Positions 10,546 through 22,430 of a DNA stretch of 35,003 nucleotides are shown piece after piece. Location: NCBI RefSeq assembly GCF_001194135.2, contig NC_068985.1:53420610-53455612 (forward strand), in the 5' to 3' direction. Each line of letters begins with the position of its first letter. The stretch's first letter is position 1. A program made the position numbers and the translations under genes. This stretch comes from Octopus bimaculoides. Lineage: Eukaryota. The notes beneath the pieces were generated by a model, which was not told the DNA's origin, made no database searches, and saw only the letters and a list, made by a program, of their open reading frames with translations.

Positions 10546-10739
10546 TATTTTTATTGTTGTTGCTGTTGTTATTTGGCATTTAATTTTCTGAGGCAGATTT
10601 CTACAGTATCACCTGCTACATCACCGTGTTGCTGGGGTGTCTACAGCATAGTCTGTTCTTTTTTGTTATTGGGGAGTGGAAACTCTTGCCGGTATTGTAT
10701 TGCATCTGTGTGTTTTGTTAAGGGGTTTGGTTGCAGTCT

Positions 10740-11541
10740 TTTGTTGTATTAGTGTTTGCATTATGTACTGTGTGGGTAATGCGAGCTGTGTTCTTTTAGG
10801 TATTTGACTTGTAGAGTACAATTTCAGGAGGTCGTTTATTCAGTGAAATATTTACTGTATAGTGTGTCTTGTGTTTGTAGATTGTTTTGTTTGGATTGTA
10901 CTATTAAATTGATAGTGTTTTGCGTAGAATGTGAACTGTTCATAGCAGGGCTATTTTTGGATAGTGTGCAGTGTTGAGGGTCCAGGTATAGCTTCTACTT
11001 TTTTGTTAATACGTTTATCATACCCAATGCTCAAATTATTATTGGTATTGTTTTCGTCTTCATGTCCCACATCTTGAATACTTCAGTTTCGAGGTCTTTG
11101 CACTTTGACAACTTCTCCCTTTCTTTTTGGGCAATATTTTGGCCAGAAGGCACTGCCCCGTCTATCAGTAAGCAGGTATATTTCTCCAATCTTTGGTTAT
11201 TATGTTTGGGCGATTAGCTTTTATTTCCTTGTTAGTTTGAACAGACATCCCAGATGATTGTGGAGTGATCATAGTCATATACCTTGTTTGGCACATGTTT
11301 ATATCATTTCTTGTTAGTTTTATGTTGCAGTGTTGGCATTTTGTCCATTGGCTATAACTATTTACTCGGTCTTGTCTATATATATATATATATATATTCA
11401 GATTTGGCAAGGACAGGACAGCCAAAGATGATGTGGTCTCATTTTGCTGGTTGCACATACTGCATTTGGTGTTAAGGCCTGTTTTCATTATTTTGCTTTT
11501 ATAGTATGGATTGCGGTAGTAATATTTTATGTAATTGCACC
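10740..11541 (-). mobile_element. R4/Dong-like LINE 3' fragment (CCHC plus RLE endonuclease)
   Basis: KCSMCNQQNETT, VQTNKEIKANRPNIITKD, KMWDMKTKTIPIII*ALG, TVHILRKTLSI*; similar to 16377-17279. Confidence 0.85.
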
Positions 11542-11864
11542 NNNNNNNNNNNNNNNNNNNNNNNNNNNNNNNNNNNNNNNNNNNNNNNNNNNNNNNNNNN
11601 NNNNNNNNNNNNNNNNNNNNNNNNNNNNNNNNNNNNNNNNNNNNNNNNNNNNNNNNNNNNNNNNNNNNNNNNNNNNNNNNNNNNNNNNNNNNNNNNNNNN
11701 NNNNNNNNNNNNNNNNNNNNNNNNNNNNNNNNNNNNNNNNNNNNNNNNNNNNNNNNNNNNNNNNNNNNNNNNNNNNNNNNNNNNNNNNNNNNNNGGTGAA
11801 ATAAATTTCTCGTCAAAGAGAAATATGATTTCCTTTTGTTGCTGTGACGTCATTAACAAGTGCA

Positions 11865-12152
11865 AAAGTACCAGCAGCAACGATAATGACGACGACCGCT
11901 ACCGCAGCAGCAGCAGCACCACCACCACCACAAACAGTATAAACAACAATAATAACAGCAACTGCAACAACAACAGCAACTGCAACAACAACAACAGCAA
12001 CTGCAACAACATCAGCAATAAGTTGGACAAGATCAAGAGCCAAAAAAGTAACATGAACAACAAGATTGAAAACAACAAAAGTGAGAGCGGTGTGGAAAAC
12101 AACAATGGCGACGACGACGACACCAACACCAACGACAGCAGCAGCAGCAGCA
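11865..12152. repeat. Low-complexity (CAA/CAG/GAC)n tract
   Basis: Visible; source of the poly-N/T/L ORFs in the track. Confidence 0.9.
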
Positions 12153-13819
12153 ATGAACCTCAACAAAGCTACTTCCTTTTCTAAAGCCGTTAGCAATTGG
12201 ACAATTTTTTCAGCGGGTGATTTAAAACATAAGGCACTCAAAAACAAGATTGACATTATGAAACCAGGTGTTATGTGTCTTAGTGAGAAGGAGAATAAAA
12301 CCCTCGAAAGACAAATAATTGTTAATAAATGTGTTTCTCGCAAAGAGAGGCAACTTAAATTTCCTACTCCAGCAGAGACTGAAAAATACCTCGAAGATGT
12401 ATGGCCCACAGTATTACAGATACAGAAAGGTAAACAATATGGGATGGTCGCTGCTATATGCAGCAGTGAGCAAGAACCCAGAAGACCGGCTACAATAACT
12501 TGCACGTCCTAGACTTTTGTAATGATTCCCCATTACATGGGTAAATGGTTGACTCGAATTCGAGTCAAGAACTTGCCGGGTCATCGTGATCCGGCGAGGA
12601 TTTTAGTCATTCTGGAGGAACATGGGGGAGATTGTGGAGGTGAAGCCTCAATAACTCAACAGGACTGGACTTCTTATGAAATTCCAGATACTAGTTTCTC
12701 CAGAAGAAATAAATGACATTCCTATTCTGTTTCGGGGAATGCGAACAGATATCAGTTTCCGTAGAAAGAAAAAAAAACCAGAAATGTTTTGTGTGTAAGA
12801 ATTCGAACCACCTCAAAGCCTTTTACCTCATGGTGGAGAAAGCACGAAGCTCTCCACCGTTACTACTAACTCCTCAAGGTGGAGAAAAACTATTACCTTA
12901 CATCTTCCTTCTTCTTCCGATTCGGGTTTCGCAAAAGCAAAGTCCTCATCGACTTGGCACCAAAAGGCTTTTGCCGGAGATATGAGAAAGACTGAATATG
13001 AACCAAACAGAGACCGATCCAAAAATATAATCCGTCACAACAATTTTAAAACAAATCAACACCAGCGTCACCATCTTTATCACAAGACAAGCCATTTCTG
13101 CAAACACATTCACTACCACAGAAAACACGAAAACAAAAAGAAACACCCGAAAAAAAATGACCACCAGTTACACTCTCGTGTACGTGCTTCCTTCAACAAC
13201 TTCATTGTTGTTCAGAAGAGCAGCACTGAATTAATGGAGGAAGTAGTTAATAACTGAAACATTACAAGTGGAGAAGATTTTTCGGAAAACCTGAAGAAAA
13301 CTCCACCGGACAGGATGTTAATCCAAACAGATACGGATACGTATCTTGATTTGAAAGAGAAATCCCCCAGGACATCGGAGGGTTCAGTAAGTACCCCAGC
13401 AAGAAAAAGTTTCCTAGCAAAACCCTTCGACCAAAAGAAGACTGTGTCAACAGTCATCCATGGAGATCAAGGTACGTAATTCCATTTTGTTTCCCCTAGG
13501 TTAAATGACTACACTTAGAGTTGGCCGTGTAAATGTTCGGGGCTTGGGTTCGGCTTAGAAGCAGGGTCACCTGCTCAACGATCTCAGGTCCCTAAATTTA
13601 GATGTGACAGCAATTAATGAGGCGAGAATTGCCAGGAAATATGCTCTTGCAACCATTTTCGAAGACTACGAGATATTCTCATCTTGGGGTCTGTCGGGAG
13701 CGGGTGGCGGTGTGTATACTTCCTGTTTTTATATCATTCCGTTATATGTAAACCCCAACAATTTATGTCTGTCTTTATATTGCCCCCCTCATCCTTCGCT
13801 CTGGTGGCAGATAAAAGAA

Positions 13820-13820
<1 letters not shown>
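12153..13820 (+). mobile_element. Internally deleted L1/Tx1-like element: ORF1, start of ORF2 APE, then 3' UTR
   Basis: ORF1 pieces with decayed knuckle CFVCKNSNHLKAFY (12785); ORF2 from 13505 MTTLRVGRVNVRGL..LLNDLRSLNLDVTAINE..GGV (APE N-terminus); then directly the 3' UTR (CATTCCGTTATATGTAAACCCCAACA, shared with about 25320-25350) and ATAAAAGAAATTATT. Confidence 0.8.

Positions 13821-13900
<80 letters not shown>
13820..13900. repeat. (ATT)27 microsatellite
   Basis: Visible in sequence. Confidence 0.97.
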
Positions 13901-13901
<1 letters not shown>

Positions 13902-14860
13902 GATCAGCTGTAGTCTTAATGACTCTGCCGTGGCCTTTTATTTGCTGAACATCAAATCTCTAGATATTCAGCATACATCTTAAGATTCTAGCTATACCGT
14001 AAAGTTAGTGTTCTGATTGCAGAAATCCCATTTTGGTGATATTTCCAGACACTATACCTCGTGATCCTATTGTGAGAGGAATTACCCCATCTTCTCACGA
14101 GTTCTAAAAAAAACGTTTTTAATTCCCAATTTATATCCTGGTGTTTATCTGTCTTCTCATTATCTTTCTTTCCTTTACCTTGCTATCAAATAGACATGCT
14201 ACATCTATTATCATAAAAGTTTTAGTATAACAAACAGTAAAAACCATTGATATTTCCAGACACTGTTCCTCATGATCTTACTATGGTAGGATTACCTTTA
14301 TCTATCTACGCTTCCAAAGCCTTTGTAATTCCTACTTTAGATCCTGGTATTTATCTTCCTTCTCTTTTTCTGTTTCCTTCATCCTGATGTCAAATGGTAA
14401 AGCTGTATTTATAATCATACAAGTTCTAGTACCTTTCTCTAGTTAACAATATCCGGTCTTCAATATTCCAGTTCCTTGTCTGTTTGCATTTTCATTTCTC
14501 ATAAAATTTTCAACAACTTCTTTTAATCAAACCACTTTTGTGAGTTTGCTGAAGTATAACCAATGAAAATTTATTGTCTTTCCAGCCTTTGCTTTGTTTC
14601 CATGTCAGATTTTTAAACAATGATATTAAATGGATACAGTCTCGTCTCTTTTACCACATAATCGATACAATGGTGATATGTCCGCCATATCCATGATTTC
14701 TACATGACCGTGTAGCTCTCTATATATCCTTTTCTCTTAAGCATTCTCCAGCTCAGTGCTTTTTCATACGGTCTTGCTAAAGAGAATTCTATGCTGATTG
14801 CTTGTTCGGCTTTTCCTTCTTACTTCCTAGGCACCTTTCTTTTTACTAAATTTTAGTGTT
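13901..14860 (-). mobile_element. Old R4/Dong-like LINE 3' fragment(s)
   Basis: LCGKRDETV, QTDKELEY*RPDIV, TALPFDIRMKETEKEKEDKYQDLK*ELQRLW, LYGIARILRCMLNI*; internal duplication about 14035-14130 vs 14245-14350. Confidence 0.75.
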
Positions 14861-14919
14861 CTTTCACTTTTACCGCCCTCAATGTATTTTTCATTACTTT
14901 CTGACAACATCGAAGACGA

Positions 14920-15170
14920 TGTGAGAGTTCAGCTTTTCCCGAACGACCTGCGCAAATGATTTGTTTATAGTGATCAAATGTATGTGCCGTACATTAGCTC
15001 ACTTACTCCATCAAATCGACATTGCACGGTGTGCTACACGTCATGTGTCGGAGTGATCGCAGAGTAGCATGAGATGAAGTATTTTGCTCAAGAACACAAC
15101 GCACCACCCGGCATAGGAATTAAAACCACGATCTCGTGATCGTGAGTGCAGCACCCTAACCACTAGGTCA
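14920..15170 (-). mobile_element. tRNA-headed SINE, family E
   Basis: - strand GTGACCTAGTGGTTAGGGTG (A box), GGTTTTAATTCC (B-box-like), then GTTGTGTTCTTGAGCAAAATACTTCAT. Confidence 0.7.
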
Positions 15171-15185
15171 CAATAGTGACAATGA

Positions 15186-15734
15186 AATACCCTGGTGCAG
15201 TATCAGGCACTGGCTCTCATGCCTTCTGATCTTAACTGATTGGAGATGTTATCGTGTACATGTATCTTGGTATAAAACATCGGCTACAGTAAATATTCTG
15301 TTCAATACCACATATTTGCTTGTCAGTTGTTTAACCGTAACCAGTTGAGCATGTCCCTTAGTGGTTGACAATATGTGCATCTCTGATCACGAGCAGAAGT
15401 AGTGGTGGAGCATCATAGCCATATATTGAAAGGAATACTTTGGGTTTGAATAACTCACTTCTGGAAACAGGGGTCTTTCGTTCAACATCATTGGACAAAC
15501 CTTATTCAGGAAATTTTGGAGCAGAATGGGCTACTGGACCTGAAGAAAATTCTAACTGGGCCCCACTTGCGAGGTCATGCGCCGTTTATTTTGATATGAG
15601 GTAACCATGTCGCGCACATACGGTTGTGATGCATGTGCCTGGCGTACCCTTACCAGACAGTCACGACGGGTATATTGGGCTTCGTATGTTTGCACCTCAG
15701 TGTCACTTTGATGGCATGCACTGCTCTCTCACTC
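15186..15734 (+). mobile_element. Unclassified 550-bp non-coding repeat, family D, copy 1
   Basis: Colinear with 17387-17870 and 17938-18343; ends CTCTCACTC + (AAT)n. Confidence 0.85.
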
Positions 15735-15915
<181 letters not shown>

Positions 15916-16309
15916 NNNNNNNNNNNNNNNNNNNNNNNNNNNNNNNNNNNNNNNNNNNNNNNNNNNNNNNNNNNNNNNNNNNNNNNNNNNNNNNNNNNNN
16001 NNNNNNNNNNNNNNNNNNNNNNNNNNNNNNNNNNNNNNNNNNNNNNNNNNNNNNNNNNNNNNNNNNNNNNNNNNNNNNNNNNNNNNNNNNNNNNNNNNNN
16101 NNNNNNNNNNNNNNNNNNNNNNNNNNNNNNNNNNNNNNNNNNNNNNNNNNNNNNNNNNNNNNNNNNNNNNNNNNNNNNNNNNNNNNNNNNNNNNNNNNNN
16201 NNNNNNNNNNNNNNNNNNNNNNNNNNNNNNNNNNNNNNNNNNNNNNNNNCACCTCAGTGTCACTTTGATGGCATGCACTGCTCTCTCACTCAATAATAAT
16301 AATGATGAC

Positions 16310-16376
<67 letters not shown>

Positions 16377-16377
<1 letters not shown>

Positions 16378-17279
16378 TAGAAATAGACAGAGAAAAATCC
16401 CAGCAATGGTTGAGAAGCTCAGGACTCAAAGCAGAGACTGAAGGATTTTTAATTGCTGCACAAGACCAAAGCTTCCCCACAAGAACTTACCAAAAACATA
16501 TAATGAAAAGAAACATAACAAGTAACTGCAGAATATGTGGCAATGGACAAGAAACAATAAATCATATTATCTCTGGCTGCCCAGTTTTGGCTAAGAAGGA
16601 ATATATTCACAGACACGACAGAGCTGGGACCTATATACACTGGAAGCTATGCCAACACTATGGAATAACAACAGAAAAAAGATGGTATAAACACACGCCA
16701 GAAAAGGTCACAGAAAACGAGAAAGCAACCATACTCTGGGATATGCCAATACACACNNNNNNNNNNNNNNNNNNNNNNNNNNNNNNNNNNNNNNNNNNNN
16801 NNNNNNNNNNNNNNNNNNNNNNNNNNNNNNNNNNNNNNNNNNNNNNNNNNNNNNNNNNNNNNNNNNNNNNNNNNNNNNNNNNNNNNNNNNNNNNNNNNNN
16901 NNNNNNNNNNNNNNNNNNNNNNNNNNNNNNNNNNNNNNNNNNNNNNNNNNNNNNNNNNNNNNNNNNNNNNNNNNNNNNNNNNNNNNNNNNNNNNNNNNNN
17001 NNNNNNNNNNNNNNNNNNNNNNNNNNNNNNNNNNNNNNNNNNNNNNNNNNNNNNNNNGGTATAATAAAAAAAATATTCAGACATAACAAAAACACCAGGA
17101 CTTACAAATATATATAACATACAGAAAATTGCACTACTGGGTACTGCACACATTCTACGCAAAACACTTTCAATACAGTAACCATAAGAGCATCACAGCA
17201 AACCACAGCAAATACCCAAGGCACACAGAGCTGCGCTCGGTAGTGAAGTGAAAGCACGTTATAAAAATAAAACTACTGA
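16377..17279 (+). mobile_element. 5'-truncated R4/Dong-like LINE flanked by (TAA)n (gap 16757-17057 inside)
   Basis: WLRSSGLKAETEGFLIAAQDQ..CRICGNGQETINHIISGCPVLAKKEYIHRHD..ILWDMPIH; IQKIALLGTAHILRKTLSIQ* (stop 17179-17181); short 3' UTR; no stops in the visible coding parts. Confidence 0.92.
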
Positions 17280-17309
17280 ATAATAATAATAATAACAATA
17301 ATAATAATG

Positions 17310-17369
<60 letters not shown>

Positions 17370-17386
17370 GTAATAATAATGATAAT

Positions 17387-17870
17387 CAGGCAGTGGTTCG
17401 CGTGGCTTTTGATCTTAACTGATTGAAAGTGTTATGTACATTGTTTTGTCTTGGTATAAAAAAATTATGCTTGTCAGTTGTTTAACCTTAACCAGTCGAG
17501 CATGTCTCTTAGTGGCTGACAATATGTGCATCTCTGATCACGAGCAGAAGTAGTGCATCATAGCCATGTGTTGAGAGGAATTCTTTGGGGTTTGAATAAT
17601 CCATCTCTGGATACATGTGTGTTTCATTCATCATCCTTAAACAACCCTCATTCAGGGACCTTTTGAGAGTGATTGGGTACTCGACCTGAAGAAAATTCTA
17701 ACTGGGTCCCACCTGCAAGGTCATGCGCTGTTTGTCTTCATATAAAATCACCATGTCGCGAACACATGGTTGTGATGCATGTGCCTGGTGTACCTTTATC
17801 AGACGGGATATATTGGGCTTCGTATATTTTACCCAGTTCAGTTGTTACTTTGATGGCATGCATCTCACTC
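17387..17870 (+). mobile_element. Family D copy 2 (slightly 5'-truncated)
   Basis: Between (AAT)n tracts 17280-17386 and 17871-17937. Confidence 0.85.
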
Positions 17871-17923
<53 letters not shown>

Positions 17924-17937
17924 TGATAATAATAATA

Positions 17938-18343
17938 ATGTCCTGATGCAATACCAAATGCCGTGATGTAATACCAAATGCCATGATGCAATATAAAATG
18001 TCCTGATGCAATGACAGGTACTGATTCGCATGGCTTCTGATCTTAACTGATTGAAAGTGTCATAATGTACATGTTTTCTCTTGGTTTGAAAGATGGGCTA
18101 CAGCAAATATTCTTCTCAGTACCACAGATTTGCTTGTCAGTTGCTTGACCATAACCAGTTGAGCGTGTTCCTTAGTGGCTGACAATATGTGCATCTCTGA
18201 TCACGAGCAGAAGCAGTGGGGGGAGCATCATAGCCATGAGTTGAGAGGAATTCTTTGCGGTTTCAATAATTCACTCCTGGAAACATGGGTGTTTCGTTCA
18301 ACAAACCTTATTCAGTCAGCTTTTGAGCGGGATGAGCTATTCG
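17938..18343 (+). mobile_element. Family D copy 3 (3' end in gap), with a 4x repeated 20-bp 5' unit
   Basis: Units at 17938, 17958, 17978, 17998, then the family D body. Confidence 0.85.
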
Positions 18344-18842
18344 NNNNNNNNNNNNNNNNNNNNNNNNNNNNNNNNNNNNNNNNNNNNNNNNNNNNNNNNN
18401 NNNNNNNNNNNNNNNNNNNNNNNNNNNNNNNNNNNNNNNNNNNNNNNNNNNNNNNNNNNNNNNNNNNNNNNNNNNNNNNNNNNNNNNNNNNNNNNNNNNN
18501 NNNNNNNNNNNNNNNNNNNNNNNNNNNNNNNNNNNNNNNNNNNNNNNNNNNNNNNNNNNNNNNNNNNNNNNNNNNNNNNNNNNNNNNNNNNNNNNNNNNN
18601 NNNNNNNNNNNNNNNNNNNNNNNNNNNNNNNNNNNNNNNNNNNNNNNNNNNNNNNNNNNNNNNNNNNNNNNNNNNNNNNNNNNNNNNNNNNNNNNNNNNN
18701 NNNNNNNNNNNNNNNNNNNNNNNNNNNNNNNNNNNNNNNNNNNNNNNNNNNNNNNNNNNNNNNNNNNNNNNNNNNNNNNNNNNNNNNNNNNNNNNNNNNN
18801 NNNTGCCTCTTTTTCTGTTTCTCTTTCTTTCTCACTGCTATG

Positions 18843-18873
<31 letters not shown>

Positions 18874-18929
18874 ATGTATATATATCTGTTTGTGTGTGTG
18901 TGTTTATGTGTATGTGTGTAGAACCATTA

Positions 18930-19080
18930 ATCCCGACATGTTTACTTATTTTTCTTTCTCCCCATTTTTTTTCGCTCATGCCTGTATGTCAAAAAGTGTA
19001 GACTCGAAACGTCAAAGATTTTTCCATTTTTCCCGAGCGGCAAGCTAATACATCTGTCTGTTGTTCCCTCACCTGTCTCT
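18930..19080 (+). repeat. Dispersed repeat, possibly a PLE pseudo-LTR relic
   Basis: TTTCCCGAGCG.CAA.CTAATACA.CTG...GTTGTT is shared with 28645-28740; AGTGTAGACTC-GAAAC resembles hammerhead stem II plus GAAAC, but the CUGANGA core is missing. Confidence 0.4.
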
Positions 19081-19091
19081 ATCAAGAAAAC

Positions 19092-19607
19092 GGAGTACGT
19101 TTGGACATTTATTTATTATTCGCTAGAATTGTTTCGACGCAACGTAGTTCTCCAACAATTTGATTGTACAACTGTTTGCTTGCATAATGAGATCTAATTG
19201 TGTTCCTCAGGCGATATACGAGTGTTGTGTCCGTTAGTTTAATAAATTCACATGTATAGCCAATCATAAAGAACAGATCAGTGATACAACCAAATAGAAG
19301 CCCAATCCCATTTAAATGCCAGCCAGTACCATCTACCATTCATGGCAGTCCGACAAACGCGTTCCCACAGCACACACCATGGGTATGTCAGATGCTACAA
19401 AAGTCAAACCCCGACGAACAGAGGTGATGGCCTTGAAGTCGACGATTTTAAAATAATGGAGACAACACTCATATATCGCCTGAGGTAACACACCTAAATC
19501 TGATTCCGCAAACAAACAGTTGCATAATCAAATATCTGTATTCTTGAAGAACTATGTTGCGTCGAAACAATTCTAGCGAATAATAAATAAATATCCAGCC
19601 GTACTCC
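19092..19607 (+). mobile_element. Foldback element with about 150-bp inverted arms, probably PLE-derived
   Basis: Arms 19092-19243 and 19446-19607; about 43 bp with one mismatch (19110-19152 vs 19548-19590); arms carry a hammerhead-like core and AATAAA. Confidence 0.7.
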
Positions 19608-20171
19608 TTCTTCTTGACTCCAATTTCTTCAGTTTTATATTCACACACGACGAATACTCAAATTTAAACCTGGAAGTATATATTAATACTACCGATAGTA
19701 CTGGGTAATTCTGAAGGTGGACGGGCTTTATGTTGTACTCTACCACATTTCTAACGGAATATAACATAACATGTGTGTCTATATGTGTGTGTGTGTATGT
19801 GCGCATGCGCGCGTGTGTATGTATGTATGTATGTATGCATGTATGTATATGAGATGGCGTTGGTAGTTGGGTGCGTTTGTGTTTGTATGTATACAACGTT
19901 TTTATGATAAACTGAAAGAATAAATAAATTTATGCCGATAAATAATTTTGACGGCAAATGTATACTTGAAACGCTGTTCTAATTTTAGAGAAGTAGTACA
20001 CTAAAACTTCCGTATAATTTACTTTATAGAAACCGGACATGCTATGCAATTAATTAGTAATTATGCAATCTATGATAATCCTTATTATCACTTGTTTGTT
20101 TTATATTCTTGAACACCGTCTCCCTTCCACTCTCTGTTTCATCTTGCATATCTATTAGTACACACACATGA

Positions 20172-20222
<51 letters not shown>

Positions 20223-20669
20223 CATGTATATGTATATATACGTGCATGTGTATACATATATATGCCCCTGTGTGTATGTATAGACATGATTGTGTGATAA
20301 GAAGTTTGCTTCCCAACCACATAGTTGCGGGTTCAGTCCAACTGCATATATATATATATATANNNNNNNNNNNNNNNNNNNNNNNNNNNNNNNNNNNNNN
20401 NNNNNNNNNNNNNNNNNNNNNNNNNNNNNNNNNNNNNNNNNNNNNNNNNNNNNNNNNNNNNNNNNNNNNNNNNNNNNNNNNNNNNNNNNNNNNNNNNNNN
20501 NNNNNNNNNNNNNNNNNNNNNNNNNNNNNNNNNNNNNNNNNNNNNNNNNNNNNNNNNNNNNNNNNNNNNNNNNNNNNNNNNNNNNNNNNNNNNNNNNNNN
20601 NNNNNNNNNNNNNNNNNNNNNNNNNNNNNNNNNNNNNNNNNNNNNNNNNNNNNNNNNNNNNNNNNNNNN

Positions 20670-20707
<38 letters not shown>

Positions 20708-20715
20708 ATAAATCG

Positions 20716-20950
20716 TCGTCGTACTCCGTCGGTTACGAGGACGAGGGTTCTAGTTGATCCGATCAACTGAACAGCCTGCTCGTGAAATTAACGTGCAAGT
20801 GGCTGAGCACTCCACAAACACGTGTACCCTTAACGTAGTTCTCGAGGAGATTCAGCGTGACACAGAGTGTGACAAGGGTGACCCTTGGAAATACAGGTAC
20901 AACAGAAACAGGAAGAAAGAGTGAGAGAAGGTTGTGGTGAAAGAGTACAG
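20716..20950 (-). mobile_element. SINE family C, 5'-truncated
   Basis: Reverse complement of the 3575-3761 body plus the 3' end that copy lacks. Confidence 0.85.
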
Positions 20951-21113
20951 TTTGTTTACGTCCCTTAACTCAGTGCTTCGACAGCAGGGTGTGTGGCGCT
21001 AGAATAACTACCAGTCTTAAGAAACTAAGTACTGGGGTCGATTTGTTTGATTAGACCCTTGAAGGTAGTATTACCCTAGAATGGCTGTAGTCTAATGAAA
21101 CAGGTATAAAACA

Positions 21114-21115
<2 letters not shown>
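20951..21115 (+). mobile_element. Family B-like SINE tail module
   Basis: TTTACGTCCC..TAAC, TGGGGTCGATTTGTTTGA, ATGGCTGTAGTCTAATGA. Confidence 0.65.
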
Positions 21116-21195
<80 letters not shown>

Positions 21196-21551
21196 NNNNN
21201 NNNNNNNNNNNNNNNNNNNNNNNNNNNNNNNNNNNNNNNNNNNNNNNNNNNNNNNNNNNNNNNNNNNNNNNNNNNNNNNNNNNNNNNNNNNNNNNNNNNN
21301 NNNNNNNNNNNNNNNNNNNNNNNNNNNNNNNNNNNNNNNNNNNNNNNNNNNNNNNNNNNNNNNNNNNNNNNNNNNNNNNNNNNNNNNNNNNNNNNNNNNN
21401 NNNNNNNNNNNNNNNNNNNNNNNNNNNNNNNNNNNNNNNNNNNNNNNNNNNNNNNNNNNNNNNNNNNNNNNNNNNNNNNNNNNNNNNNNNNNNNNNNNNN
21501 NNNNNNNNNNNNNNNNNNNNNNNNNNNNNNNNNNNNNNNNNNNNNNNNNNN

Positions 21552-21790
21552 NTAACGATGCGTCCTGCCCTACTCTTCGAAACGCCGGTGTTAAAACGGG
21601 GGTAGCTGATGAAGGAAAATGTTCTCTATGTGGCTTGTGTGTTTTCTGTACTCTGGTTATTATTATTTTCTTGTCTACGTTTTGTTTGCAATGTCCTGTA
21701 CCCAGATATGCACCTATATATACAAGTAGACGTAGGTATGCACATACCTGTACGTATATATGCATATACTCATTTATTATTTGTTTTATA
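21552..21790. repeat. Probable unclassified repeat with scattered hammerhead-like words
   Basis: CTTCGAAACGCCGGTGTT...GCTGATGAAGG; single copy in the window, so repeat status is inferred. Confidence 0.3.
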
Positions 21791-21801
21791 TATGTATATA
21801 T

Positions 21802-21848
<47 letters not shown>

Positions 21849-21959
21849 TGTGTGTGCGTGTGTGTGTGTAAGCTGCCCAAGTGTCTGTAGGTTAGGAAAA
21901 AGGCACTCGTTTATCTGTCAACAGAGTGGGTGTATTAATCGAAATCTACAATATTATAT

Positions 21960-22430
21960 ATCTGTTATGGTTGATCTTACCAATCCCTTTCGCATTAGGG
22001 CTTCAAAAGTCCGATTATGTAACCCTGCGTTCATCAGAAGTAAACTATATGAAATGAAATATGGCGACTGCTCTCTTTTTTCCACCACCCCAATATAAAC
22101 TCCCACACACTGCAGGCACACCTGATTTGTGGTTGCTGTGAAACGAATCGAGCAGAGGATTGAGTCAAGAGTTGTGTCCCTTTGTATCAAAACATCGTCT
22201 CTAAAGGTGGTTTTGTTGCAAGTCAGAAAGAGTTTTCTGGAAAAGAGTTTGTGAGAAATATGTGTGTCTTTAAAGTTGATGTTATTGTGAAAATGGAATG
22301 TATGTAGTGGTACTATATATATAACCTTTGCATCCGTGTTCGTTAGTGTTTCCTTTCTTCTATGTATTGGTTGAATTCGTTGGCTATTTGTGTGCATGCA
22401 GTGTGTGGGAGCTTATATTGAGGTAATGGA
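21960..22430. mobile_element. Possible rearranged PLE relic with short inverted repeats encoding CxxC..YI
   Basis: About 22070-22118 (-) CLQCVGVYIGVVEK and 22393-22437 (+) CMQCVGAYIEVMEK; the same GGGAG(C/T)TTATATTG word occurs at about 23730-23745 (-). Confidence 0.4.

Noticed and set aside
11813-12505. 230-aa hydrophobic ORF on - (likewise 5546-5785, 13604-13983, 33675-33977 and poly-Asp at 2255-2455)
   Set aside because: These are translations of simple repeats or antisense of transposon sequence, with no domain signal.
15186-15260. HDV-like ribozyme at the 5' end of family D
   Set aside because: A P3/L3-like GGC-UCUCAUG-(G)C motif is suggestive, but I could not build P1, P4 or the catalytic C junction.
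18985-19025. Hammerhead in the 18930-19080 repeat
   Set aside because: Stem II-like hairpin and GAAAC are present, but CUGANGA and the NUH site are not.
21575-21625. Type II hammerhead (GAAAC...GUU...CUGAUGA)
   Set aside because: Core words are present but stem I (AAAACGGGGUAG) cannot pair; upstream context is in a gap.
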